The notes beneath the pieces were generated by a model. The model saw nothing but the letters and a program-made list of their open reading frames with translations, made no database searches and was not told the DNA's origin. A program made the translations under genes and the position numbers. A stretch of 59,988 bases of DNA, counting the filler, from Jimgerdemannia flammicorona (lineage: Eukaryota): assembly GCA_003990765.1 (NCBI GenBank). It is 3 parts of 3 records of this genome, joined end to end, with 100 filler letters (N's around TTAATTAATTAA, not from the genome) between each part and the next. Parts side by side here need not be neighbours in the genome. Positions count along the whole stretch, not along the records: positions 20,037 to 39,963 come from RBNJ01001802.1; positions 40,064 to 59,988 come from RBNJ01001803.1; 1 more part is not named here. One strand, written 5' to 3'. Positions 38,230 through 50,614 of this stretch are shown piece after piece (positions within the stretch are counted from its first letter, which is position 1; each line of letters opens with the position of its first letter).

Positions 38230-38792
38230 GTTCTTTGTTACACTGAATAATGCCAGCACCAGTATTCTGAGGTGACGCGAAATTGTTCCAGCATCAGCAT
38301 TTTGATATGATACTGGATAATGCCAGCATCCTGAACCTGTACAACCAACAATACCAGCCCTGGAACTTAGTAGTTTTAGTTATTGGAACTTATATTTAGC
38401 TTTATATCTTAGCAACCATTGAATTATATTTTGTATAAATACTCCTCTTATTTCCTCTGAAATAAAGTCAGTTCCTCTCAGTGCAATACACACTTCCTTG
38501 CAAGCAATCTAAGAGATAACAAGACAGTTAAAAAGATAAGAAGTTTGAGGACTATAAGACCTTAGGAAGGCACTCCAATAAGAACTTGCTTATAACAACT
38601 TGAGTTAGTCTAAGAGATATATCTTGAAGAGAATCTGACATATTCGAAGGACTCAGCGACCACTACGTGACAACTTGGTGCCCATTGGCTGGTGATTCAA
38701 GATGAATCCCTCACTTTCAAGCTGAAAAACGAACAACCCCCACAACAACTACCCTGACTACAAGAGTTACCCCTGCAAGAATTCAAGACAAG

Positions 38793-39963
38793 ATGGAAAT
38801 GCGTCCCCCCACATTCTATGGATATACTACTGAAGAGTCAATCCTGACCTTCATTGAAGACTTTGAACAATTTGCCACCATATGAGCCCTTGATGTGGAT
38901 GCTCAATTGGCCCTTCTACCAGTCAGCCTCAGAGGACCTGCCAGAGACAAGTTCAATGCAGCCACCATTGCTGGTACTGATGCAGTCAAACTTGCCAATA
39001 TGAAGGTCTTCCTCAGAAACACATACTATACTAAAGAGATCAAGCAAGCTCTCAAGGATCAACTCAATACTATCTGCCAGGGATTTAGTGAAGATCCCAA
39101 CTCATTCTATACCCGAATCTGCCACCAGATTGTCCTGGCTGGCTATGACGATGCCCTCAAGGAACAAATAGCGGATTCAACCTTCCTCAAAGGAGTTCAC
39201 CCTGAAATTGCCCTAGCAATCTGGTCTACCCCAGCTGCACTGACCCTTGATCAGAAAGTGGTCTTTGCACAGAGATATTGGACTGCCAGACACCCTGCCA
39301 AACACTCAATGGGGAAAATAACTGGCATCAAGATAGAGCTATCAAAGCCAACTAGCATCCTACCTGCCACAGTTGTAAACAGACAACCAACCTCATCTAC
39401 CCCCAAGACAGCCAAAGCTGACCCAGTGGAAGAACTTGCCAAGCAGTTTGCCGAGATGACTGCACACCTTGGTGATGTTGTTAGAGAATTCCGAAGCACT
39501 AACAGAAGACCAGTACAGAGATTTGCAGCTGCTACAGAAGAACGCAATAACATCACATGCTTCAGATGTGGAGAAGAAGGCCACTATGCAAAGAATTGCA
39601 TGACTGAAACAAGATGCAAAGCCCAACCAAGCAATGCTAGCAGAACCAGAGAACAAATCAATGCAGTAGTCATCGAGGAGATTGGTGACACTGATGATGA
39701 AGAATATTACGAGGAGCTTGAATTCTACTCTGCTACTGAAGGTACCAGAACTCAGTCCAAGCCCTATGACAAGAAGAGCAATAGCAAGCCAGTTGGAAGA
39801 CCAAAGAAAACCCCAGCTGTCACTATTCAAAGCAAGACCCAACCTGAGGAGATTGATCAAGACATGGAGTTAGATGAAGCTGCCCGCCAAATCATTGAAG
39901 GCACTACTCCAGTCTCAGGAGAAAGTGAAAGCAAGAAGGAACAGAAGCTGCACAAGACCAAGG
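38793..39963 (+). CDS. gag: Gag of family B (capsid-like region plus CCHC zinc knuckle), one internal TGA, runs into the gap
   Basis: MEMRPPTFYG...; CFRCGEEGHYAKNC at ~39558-39599. Confidence 0.88.
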
Positions 39964-40063
39964 NNNNNNNNNNNNNNNNNNNNNNNNNNNNNNNNNNNNN
40001 NNNNNNNTTAATTAATTAANNNNNNNNNNNNNNNNNNNNNNNNNNNNNNNNNNNNNNNNNNNN
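39964..40063. other. Assembly gap / artificial contig linker
   Basis: N44-TTAATTAATTAA-N44. Confidence 0.99.
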
Positions 40064-40663
40064 GGGGGAACAAATATATAAACATTGCAATGTAAGAATT
40101 TGAATAGGTATTTTTGTGTCAAAAATAACCTATTCAGGGGGAAGATGTGACATATGGTATGAAATAGAAACAGGAAATAGACATTTGATCGTAGTACCTG
40201 AATCCAATTTCCGATTTAGTATAGTCTTTTACTGTGGACACTGCATCTAAAACATTATCAGTGAAACTCTTGTTACTTTCACGAATTTCAGATAGGATTT
40301 CACATGAGATTCTACCTGAGAATTTCACATGAAAAGACTTAATACTTAGCCGCATATTTAGTAGCAGAATTAGCGCACAAATCTGTATAAATAACTCAGT
40401 ATTTTAGAGTGAATAAACCTCAGTCAGAACGAGTCAGATCAAACCAGTCCAATTCCAAAATCCATCCAACTTACTAAATTCCGTGTCCACTACGTTACAA
40501 TATATAACTTAAATAAAAATATCAACTGTATTCCCCAAAAAAATAAAATATAAACTAAAAGAAATATATATAAACTAGAACTATATATAATTCAGAATTA
40601 CAACTATTTAGAAATTTTCAATAATTGAAATATATTCCAAATATCTAAAATATCTACTCTTAT

Positions 40664-40913
40664 TAGTGCTCCCAAACAAATTGAGAGTCTAATTTGAATC
40701 CTATTTTTCAAAATATAATAACTCGATAAATATAGGTCCAAATTCAATGATCTTTAGCTTGTTAGATTCCCCTATATAAGGGGAATTTAACAAACTAAAG
40801 ATCATTGAATTTAAATGTATATTCATTAAGTTATTATATTTTGAAAAATAGGGTTCAAATTAGACCTCAAATCAAATTAGTCTTTGATTCAATTTGATTC
40901 ATTAGGAGTACTA
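40664..40913. mobile_element. hAT-type MITE (250 bp) with long internal palindrome
   Basis: Imperfect TIR TAGTGCTCCCAA...TTAGGAGTACTA; exact 8-bp TSD ACTCTTAT; ~80-bp inverted arms centred on TATATA at ~40775. Confidence 0.9.
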
Positions 40914-40949
40914 ACTCTTATATAAGATATATAAATATAATATATATAG

Positions 40950-42620
40950 AAATATAATATATGTAGATGTATAGTTATATTTAGTTTGAACTTAAACTTT
41001 AGAAGAACTTTATGAGTAAATTGGTAATCATATACTCTATAAAAATGTATTCAAGATATATAATACTATTTTCTATATATTTCTATATAAAATGATAAAG
41101 TATATCAATATGTTTTATTTCGCTATAATAGATAGGATTATTTACAAGTATGATTATTAATTAGTTATCTTATCTAATCAATATAGGGTTCTCTTAAATG
41201 AGGCCAAGCTCCTTTAGTAATTTATAGGGCTATATGGTCTTTTTTATTACTAATAACAATGCTTGATATTTAGTCTGAGTAAAAGAGATTACTATAGAAG
41301 ACTACTTATGTATTTGTTATAATAATGTCTTTGCTAATATAAAGAGATATCTCATTATAGACTGATAATTATCTAAGTCTCCAGCCCAATCAGTATTATA
41401 AGTATTAGATAACTATATACTATTATTATTGTTCTTATCATTGTTCTTGCTCAATTTACCAAGAGTAAGTATATAGTATATCATTTCTTTAATATATCTA
41501 AAAATCCTCTTAACTGTAGTTCAATATAAATTTTCATAATAAGAGGAGTATTATATTATCTTTTAACTGTAAAAGAGATATTAGGTATTATTTTAAGTAT
41601 TAAGTATATGAGAAAACTGACTGCTTATTGATAGGAAATATTGCTATAGTTATTGTTTTTGTTATTATTTTCAGACATAGTATCAGACTTCTTTAACTTT
41701 ATAGAAGTCTCTATTAAAGTATTAATGAGTTTATATTTACTCATATTAAAATAATTAAGAATTATCTAGATATAAGTAACTTGTAAAAGATATATAATTG
41801 TACTTTCTATTATATATGATATATATTTCTAAAAAAAAAGATGTATCACCTATATCTGTCATCTTGAATTCTTAGTAAAGAGCTTCTTTAACTCTATTAA
41901 TTCTATTCTTACTAATAATAGTAATGATATCATTTATCTTTATACAAATGAATACTATGCTATTATTATTATAATATTAAATATATATATATATAATTAT
42001 CTACTTTACAATATATAAATCTATTATTAAAAAAATATTTATTAATTCTTTTATTCTATAATTGCACTATTTATTTGATACTATATAGTCTTTATATATA
42101 TAACTTATATATGAGTTCTTTGTTCTGATTATTATAGTTTTGTAGTTAATAAATATATAGTTTAGTATTAATATCACTATTTAGAAAGGTTATCTTAATA
42201 TTTATTTGATAAATTATAAGATTATAGTATATATTGATTATAAGAAGTATTCTTAGTAAGATAAACTTGAATATCAGAGGAAAGATCTCATTATAGTCTA
42301 TACTGAAATCTTGTAAATATTTCTTAATAATAAAATAAGCTTTATATTATTTCATACTTCTGTCACTCTTATACTTAATTTTATAGACCCACTTAGATCT
42401 AATTATTTGATAGTTTGGTAGAAGTGATACTAATTTTTATATGCTATTCTGGATGAGTAAGTTGTATTTTTCATCTATAGCTCACTTCTATTTTTCATTA
42501 TCAGAACTAGTTATAGCTTCATTATATATATATATTTGAGTATTGATCTTATGTGTGTTTATGAGAGATAATAAGCTGGTATCATATATAACTTAGTATC
42601 ATAGATAATATTACAAAATT
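40950..42620 (-). pseudogene. Very decayed copia RT/RNase H relic
   Basis: 42380-42540 aligns by eye with 27860-28020 (start of copia RT); extremely AT-rich, boundaries approximate. Confidence 0.5.
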
Positions 42621-43735
42621 CTGACCAATGAAGATTGATTCTATCATATAAATCATATAGACAAATTTATCTGTAGATACTAATGACCTAAGGGATATAG
42701 CTTACTAAGTATTATAGAGAACTATGAAGAGTTGGTTTCTGCTATCTTAAAGGCAATGATATACTTTATTTATATTTTCTTATATGAATATCATATATTA
42801 TATTATAGTAATTTTTCAACAAAGGTCCCCTGATTTCTGTTGAGTCCCTTAGCTGAAAAGCTTAGTATGTAAGTATGAGATATATATATGTATATGTAGA
42901 GAAGAGAGGGGGGGCAAAGATGCCTGAGGGGAGAAATAATAATAAAATAAAAAAACATATATGATAAGATATATAGAATGAGTCTCAATCAGTAAACTAG
43001 AGGGTGAGATATTTGAAAAATAGAGAAGGATGGGAAACCAACTCTTTATAGTCCTCTATAATACTTGCAAAGTCTGGGACAGACTTTGGTACCTATGATA
43101 TCTCATCTATCTGAGACTAAGCATCACTTATTCCAGACTATTTTAGAGTTAGTTATTCATAGATTTAATATGAGTAGAGTCTAGACTAGTGTGGGAGTCT
43201 TATGCTTGAGAACTATATAGATAAGAGATATCATTTAGGTAGGTTTGGAGAGGATGGGTATCTGGTGAGACAAGTAGTAGTAGTGTTCAAAGATGGTCTT
43301 GGAGCTCTAGTTTCCACTTTCCAAGATCCCATTAATGGGTGTCTCACCTTTTAATGGCTTAATAGAGATTTCAGTATAGATAGAATGTAGGCAGTAGATT
43401 GGATCAATGCCAGCAGCAGTCATGTATTTCAAGAACCAGTTGTGGAGACAGTCAGCTGTCAGATTATAGTATAGAGACTATATACTGATGAAGAGATAGT
43501 CCTAATTAATTTCTGAGTATAGGGGTTCTATTTCATATATCTAGCAAAAAGTACAATATACTGGACATATATCCTTGTCTTCTAAAAGAGCAGAGATAGG
43601 GCAGGAAGTCTTGTAGGAGTTGTCAGAGGTATATTCCTTAGTTATGTCAGCAGTTAGAACTATCTCAGCTGCTCAGTCATCTTGGCCTCTCTAGAAGTCT
43701 ATAGTTGCCTAATATTATATTAAGTCACTGACTAC

Positions 43736-44163
43736 TAGTGCTCTCAAATAAATGGAATCAATTTGAATCAAATTGAATTGAGGGTCATTTGAATCAAATC
43801 AAATTGGGGATTTTTCAATTCAAATCAAGTTTGAATTGAATTGAATTCAAATTGAATTAAGGGTCTGATTCAAACTGTATTTTTCAAAATATAATAACTT
43901 GATTAATATATGTCCAAATGCAATGACTTTTAGCTTGTTAGATTCCCATATATAAGAGAAATCTAACAAGCTAAAGATCATTGAATTTGGATTTATATTT
44001 ATTGAGTTATTATATTTTAAAAAATAGGGTTCAAATTGGACCTCAAATCAAATTAGTCTTTGATTCAATGTGAATTGAATAAAATTGAACCTTTGATTTG
44101 ATTGAATCAAATCAAATCAAATTTGGGTCAAATTCAATTTGATTCGATTCATTGAGAGCACTA
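43736..44163. mobile_element. hAT-type MITE (428 bp), same family as 40664-40913
   Basis: TIR TAGTGCTCTCAA/TTGAGAGCACTA; 8-bp TSD CTGACTAC/CTGACTAT; subterminal GAATC/GAATT pentamer arrays; same central palindrome. Confidence 0.92.
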
Positions 44164-45799
44164 CTGACTATACACTATGAGGTACAAAGTGTGAGAAGAA
44201 TAAGTATCTTTTTTTCCATATAGGACCCTCTGTTTGATGGAGTTGAAGAGACCTAATAATTGAAGCTATTGGATGAGGGTAAAGATGTCCCATTGTAGGG
44301 CTTTGTCCTTGAGGGGAGGGAGATATAGGTTGTCTACTCCTCAGATGAGGCAGGAGATTGTGGAGAGTTTAGAGAAATAGATACTATTGATAGATAGTAT
44401 CTAGTGGCAAATGGCAATGTAGATACTACAGAGTTGGTAGGTACTCATACCCTTATAGAAAAGGTAGCCTAAACAGTTGGTCTATTATTCTATGATTGCT
44501 CTAGTGAGATTGATATGCTGTTGACTATACTAATAGATATGCAGATTTGGAGTTCTTATGAGAAGAGATTTATATACTGGTCCAAATAAGATTTCTAGTC
44601 AGTACTGTTAGATTTTTAGTATCTGGGGAGTACCACTGATGAGTTCCACTAGGTTATTCTAGTAATATATCTATATTATTATTCCTATTATATAATGTAA
44701 AAGAAGAATTAGAAAGACTATTGCTATTCTCAAGAGCTTGGGCTACCAGCTCTATTATTGCCAGAAGAGTGTGATGAGGATAAGATAGTTGCAATAATCC
44801 TCCTTTACCTTGTACAGTATGTAGTTGATGAGGATCTAGGGGAGTTTGCATATGCCCTGATGGGTGGCCATTAGTGTTAGAAGGTATCTGTCTTTAGGGT
44901 AGCTGAGTTGGGTCACCAGCTATAGAAAAGAGGAGTCTGCATCATTATTCGGAATACCAAAAGATCTATATATATTGGGCCCCACTGGTAGTAGAGTTGT
45001 TGGATAGTAGAGAGTTGCAGTTTCCAATCATTGGGGTCAGGATATATATAACTTAAAAAGTCTGCCCATATATTCTCTGTCTCTGGCAGATATTCTATAA
45101 AGAGGTAAATGCATCATATTAGACAGATCTGATGAATCTGGACAGTAATATCATTAAGGTAGAGGAGAGATCTCTCTTGTTTATTGACAAAGGTCTGTAT
45201 TATTATGTTATCTATTGTAATGTGCCTGACTCAATAGAGGCAAATTACAAGGTTGGAAGTTGATGTAGTTTGGCTTAAGCCCCCAGTTACTTTGTCAAAA
45301 AGCAACAAAATGTTCTAAGATTCCTGAGGTCCTTGGTGTTTAGTGGTATAATAGTCAAGATCTGGATACTGTGTGAGGGTTTCCTTTTTGGGACAGGTTC
45401 TTGAGTGTAGCAGCAATTAGTGTGTGAATGGATTTTCTTCTTGGGTAGTGGTCAATTTGTATATAACATGAGCGGGTTCCTTATTTGGGTCAACTGAGAA
45501 CTGGTAGAATTTCATATGTAGTGTAAATGGGTTCCTTATTTGGATCAACTGGGAATATCACAATTTTATGTAGCATGATGATCCCTGTATGACAGTCTGG
45601 CAATTTAGCAGTTCTCCTTCTTGAGTGATGAGCGATCTCTATATAGCATGATGATCTCCAAAAGTATGTGATTCCTGGCAGATGGCTTGATTTGGCTCAC
45701 TGGGAATAGAGGCGGCAGGTTCTCCTTGGGCTTACTGGGAACAACAAATAACTCGGATGACACAGATTTGACTTTTAACTAGGAATACTACTCGGATGA

Positions 45800-45990
45800 T
45801 GCAGACTCTTCCTGAATTGGCAGGCTCTTCTGAGAATACGATGGCATGGATTCTTTCTGAATTGGTGAACTCTTCTGGGAATATAATGGTGCAGATTCTT
45901 CCTGAATTAGTGGCTTCAACTGGGAATGCGGATAACTTGAAAATGGCAGATGACACAGATTCTTCTGAATTAGCAGACTTCTGGGAAATG
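45800..45990. repeat. 45-bp tandem repeats inside family C LTRs (also ~51260-51435)
   Basis: Recurring G(A/G)TTCTTCCTGAAT..GC..G..CTTCTG(G/A)GAAT units. Confidence 0.8.
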
Positions 45991-46580
45991 GTGGCGAAGT
46001 TCTTTCTTGAACTTGGTGGCAAACTTCAGGCTTATCTGGCAAGCAGACCAAAAACAGACTTGTTCTTTGTATTAGAAAGTGGACCAGAGTAGAAGAGAAG
46101 AGAACCAAGCTCACAACTTCTTGGCAGTGGCTCATTGGCAGGTGTATCTCCTAAGTATTGCAATCCTTCTTGGATCAAGTGGCTTTTGGCAGGTGTTTCT
46201 CCTAAGTGTACCAGACAATTGACTTTTGCTTTGGTTTGTATTCAACTTTTGGACTGAGGTTTATTCACTCTTATCTCTGGAGTAATTTATACATTGTGGT
46301 TGCTATCTGGTTACTACCTGGCTAACTATAGATTTGCTATCTATGGTGTGTTTGGGCAGATGGTCACTGTTCGGCAGACAGCCACTGTCCAGGGGATAGT
46401 CACTGTTCACATTATTCCCTTCTTTGGCTATCTGGTTATTTATACATTTTTCTGCAGCAATGGTTGCTGGTTACTATACTATGCTAATGTTCACATCACC
46501 TGGTTAGGTTTTGAGATTGCTATGTTTTATGGTTTGTTACATCAGCCCCTACTGAAGGATAGTCTGTCCCAGACTGTTCT

Positions 46581-47087
46581 TCAGTCATCATCCCAATAGG
46601 CATAAGCTGCTTCTGCATCTATATCTATCCCATCATCTTTATTGTCTGTATCAGGGTCACTCTATTCTAGCTCTAGATCTTCTTCTTGTCCTTTGGGAAA
46701 CAGGATGTCTACTTGTTGGAGAATACTCTGAAAGGTGGTCTCATTCATCTGATGAATATCATTGAGATAGAAGTGAGATTGCACTAGGGCTCCAACATTT
46801 CGTTTGTATAGAGTGTAGATTTGTTTGGCAGTTCTGACTTCTCGGCAGGTTATCCCAGCTAGTCCTCCAATATATGGTTGTTCTTCAAGTAATTGTCTGA
46901 TGTTGTAGAAGGCCTGTAGATGGTGGATCTGTAACAATCTTTGGGTGATGGCAAGGTTCTCTTGATGCTTTTGGATCAATTGTATCAGGGTTCCTTCAAG
47001 TTGGCAGAACTGGGGTAAGAGAACTGGTAGGGCCTAGAAGGAGCTGAGAACCAATGTCTGGAGGTGCTGATCAATCCTTTGGCTCAT
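46581..47087 (-). pseudogene. Accessory ORF3 of family C, between the polyprotein stop and the PPT
   Basis: The ATG overlaps the upstream TGA. Reads MSQRIDQHLQ...AFYNIRQLLE...REVRTAKQIYTLY..., then an acidic tail; two point stops and a probable late frameshift. Confidence 0.7.
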
Positions 47088-50000
47088 GGTGTAGAGGGGA
47101 GATATAGTTTGAGGTGATTGATGTGTACTGCTGTTCTCAGGGTTTGTCCATCTATGCTTCTTAAATAGATGCCAGTTCTTCTGATATTGTGTACAAGATA
47201 AGGTCCTTCCCATTTGGGTTCTAGTTTGGCAGCAAAGTTTGTTTCTATCATGCTTCTCCAAACCAGGACTTGATCACCAATCTTGATCTTCTGATGTCTG
47301 CAGTCTTGACAGTCAGGGTGTCTTCTATGGTTGCAATATCCCATTGCTCGGAAATGATGTTCCCAGCTGTTTATCTCCTGTTGTCTCGGGAATCGGCACC
47401 CATCTTGGTCATAAGTGAGTGGAAGAGTGGATAAAGGATATATTTCTGTCTGGGTGAAGAAGCCTTATCCCCTGAATCAGCTTTGCAGCTTGGTGGTGAC
47501 TTCTTGAAAGGTAGTTGACTGTGCAAGTGTGTTCGGGGGTTCTGGTCTCTGGGGTCTCTGTCTTTCTTGTTGGTCCAACAGATGACACTGATAGCAGTAG
47601 TCTTGGGGAGAGAGGAAGACCATTTGGTGTTGATATCTTCCTAGCCAAAAAGCTTTCTCTTGGTGGGTTTCTTTCTTGGGGATAATGGTGATTGTACTGG
47701 GTCCTTCTTCTGTATTCCAAGGGTCATTGTCTTCAGGTGGTGTCCAGTGAGGGTTATTCCAGAGAATGAGTTCAGGGACCTCTTCTTCATCAGGTACTTC
47801 TTGTTCAGGAACTTCTTGGTCAGAAGTTTCTTCTTCCTCAGATGATTCTTGACCCCAAATTGCTTGTACTTCTGCAGCTTCGGTTGCAGGTGTTTCTGGG
47901 ACATGTCTGTATTTCTTCTTCTTCCTTCTGCACTCTGGGCAGGCTGTGCCAGGCGATTTCCTTGTTCCCATGATCTTGGAGGAGTGCTTGGGACACTTGT
48001 GTCTCTTGAGGCATATAGGGCATCCTTTGGCTTCTCCTGTAATAGCTCCAATGGTAATAGGGATAGTATTCTTGGCCCACACATTAGCTTCTGATTGGTC
48101 ATCCACCAGATTGATTCAGGGATTGAGTCTGGGATCATTTCCATCTTCAGATTCTTCTTCTTCTTCTGTGGTAGATTCTTTACTGCTGGTATATTCTTCC
48201 TGAATAGTGACCTTCTTCTTCTTCTTTGATTGCTCATAGCTGGTCACCTTAACTCTATATTTCTTACCTCAGTAATCAAACTTGAGTACTTATTGGCCAA
48301 TGTCAACAACTGCATTCATTTCCTTCATCCAGTTGGTGCCAAGAATCATGTCATAGGTGACAGCTTTGGTAACAACAGCTTTGGGAATAGAGAACTGAAT
48401 GTGTCCAAGGGAAATGGTGATATTTCGTACTTCTCCAAGGGGTTGAGTTTGGGCTCCATCTGCTACTATGATGCTGAGGTTAGATGGTCCATCAATGGGT
48501 CATTGAAGGGTGTCCAGGAACCGTTTGGCAATGATACAGACAGCTACTCCTGTGTCTATGAGGATCTTCGCCTTTTGTCCTCCAATATCTCCATGTAAGT
48601 AGGTGCTGACATATCTTTCAGCTACTTGGACAGGGATAGAAGCTGGTTCTTGCTGTGGGATTGGAACTCGGCCAGTGCTAGACCTGGTAGTTCTCAGCAA
48701 TTTGTTTTGGACTCTGGCTGGTATCAGTTGCAAGAACTGCAGGAGAGGGACTTCTATCTTGGCTTCTTGAATCTTCTACCAGACTTCATTGTAAATGTCT
48801 CTAGGCATGGTCTTCGGAGTGTACTTCTTCTTAGGCTTTGGAGCAGCAGGTTCCTGTTCTTCTTGTTCCATTTCTTCATTTTCTGGTGGCAACTCATTTG
48901 TCTCAGGGACAAAAGGTGAAGGAGTTCAGGGAGGTGTTTCTACTTGTTCCTCCTCATGTTCTTCATCCTCTTCTTGGATAATTCTTCTGCTGATGTTCCT
49001 GGATGGTCTTCCTATAGGTCTCTTTCTTTTCTCTACTGGATAGACTGTTATCTGGGTTGTAACCTTAGTGGGGTACAAGTCTAAGTCACTGTAGTCTTCA
49101 CTGTTGCTTGCTTCTTTAAAATCTTCAACAGGATGGACTTCAGTCTTTTTGTACTGAGTGTCATTCCTTCAGTTTGGTGGTTCTGAGTCTCTTTGGTCAC
49201 TTCTTTTGTTGTCACATTCAGTGGCATAGTATCTAAATTGTCCACACTGGAAGTATTGGACTTGGGCTCTGTCTCAGACAGGGTACCTTCTTTCTTCTTG
49301 CTGGTAATTCCTGTTATCTCTTAGTGGTTAACCTTGGCTCCTCTATGGTGGGTATCCTCTATTGTCTTGATAGCTTCGATTTTCTCATGTAGTGAGTTTT
49401 TCAATCTGTCCAACCAATTGGTCCAACTTAGAGCTAAGGTCTTGGATTTCACTTCTATCCTTCTTTCCTTCCTTGGCTGGCCTTCTTTCTTCAGATCTTT
49501 CTTGTCCTTGAAGGAGTCCTTGTAGGGCTTTGACCAGAATGTCTTCTTTATCTTCTTTCCTATCATGGTCACTCTAAGTAGTTCCTTGTCTAACATCAAA
49601 GAATCCTTGGATTACATCTACTTGCTCTTTGGACCTTCTGATGCCTAGAGTGTGGACATACTGGGCAATGTTTGGGGGAATTCCATTCATGAAGGTCATT
49701 GGACCAATAATGTCCTGATTGGTGGCATTGAATCCGGCAGCATGCATTCTCTTCTGGATTCTTGTAAAGAAGGCTCTGGGTGATTCTCCTAGGTTCATCT
49801 TCATTCTCATGATAGATTCTTGGGCATTGTGGTGGGTTTTGTTTCCTGCATACTTTTCAATGAGCCAGTGGACTATGGCCTCATATTCTAGCTTGTCAGA
49901 CATTGCTGCTTGTATCTGTCTTGCTAATTCTGAATCTCAGTTGTTTGCTGTTCAATGAAAAATTCCTCTGGCTGGTTCTCTGAACTGGGCTTTGTAGATG

Positions 50001-50614
50001 GCAATTTTTCTTTCATCTGAGAGATTCCTCAAGGCTGTGATTTCTTCGATTCCATCAAGGAATTCTCTGGGGTCTTCCTCTGGGTATCCTGCAAAGGTTG
50101 GCAATGAGATGGCCATTTTATCATCACTTTCTTCTGATTCTGGTTCAAGTTCAGATTCTGATTCTGATTCACTTTCTGAACTATTACTGAAGATGGGGGT
50201 GCTTGTGTATCTTGAGGATGGTGTTCTGGACCTTGGATGAAGTGGAATAGGTCTAGGTATTCTTGTAGGAGCTACTTCTGGCTCTGCAAAGGGTTGTGGT
50301 AAAGGTTCTATTGGTGAGATTGGTGGGGCTGATCTGGGGCATCTGGCTGTAAGGTCTTGGGTCTATGTGATAAGATCTTCTAGTTCTTGTACAAGTTCTC
50401 TAAAATCTCTAGCAGGGCTACCTGTATTGTCTAATTGATCTGGTTGGGGATTTCGAGCTATACTGCCTTCTGGTTCTAGTTGGGATCCTTCTGATGCTGG
50501 GTAATTGGCAAGTCTTGATATGATTACTTTTCTTCTTGTCCAAATACTAGTGATGACTGGTTCTCCTGTAATGGCAGAGGTTGGTGTTGTATCAAATGTA
50601 TCCAGTTTGACTAT
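47084..50614 (-). pseudogene. Single-frame gag-protease-Cys-rich-GPY/F polyprotein of family C (point stops)
   Basis: ORF pieces 49574-49903, 48500-48733, 47477-48106 and 47084-47344, plus the zinc knuckle at ~49214-49255, all share one reading frame. Confidence 0.8.

Larger units (their letters stand above)
37160..39963 (+). mobile_element. Ty3/gypsy family B, 5' part (LTR 37160-38672, PBS, gag), truncated by the gap
   Basis: TGTAACG...CGTGACA followed by ACT-TGGTGCCCATTGG. Gag has PPTFYG, QGFSEDPNSF...FLKG and CFRCGEEGHYAKNC. No second LTR is visible, so boundaries rest on the termini and PBS. Confidence 0.82.

Noticed and set aside
40064..40499. Sequence ending CACTACGTTACA as the 3' LTR of family B
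   Set aside because: Only the last ~12 nt resemble the B LTR end, the rest does not align, there is no matching TSD, and it lies across a linker; it may be the LTR end of another family.
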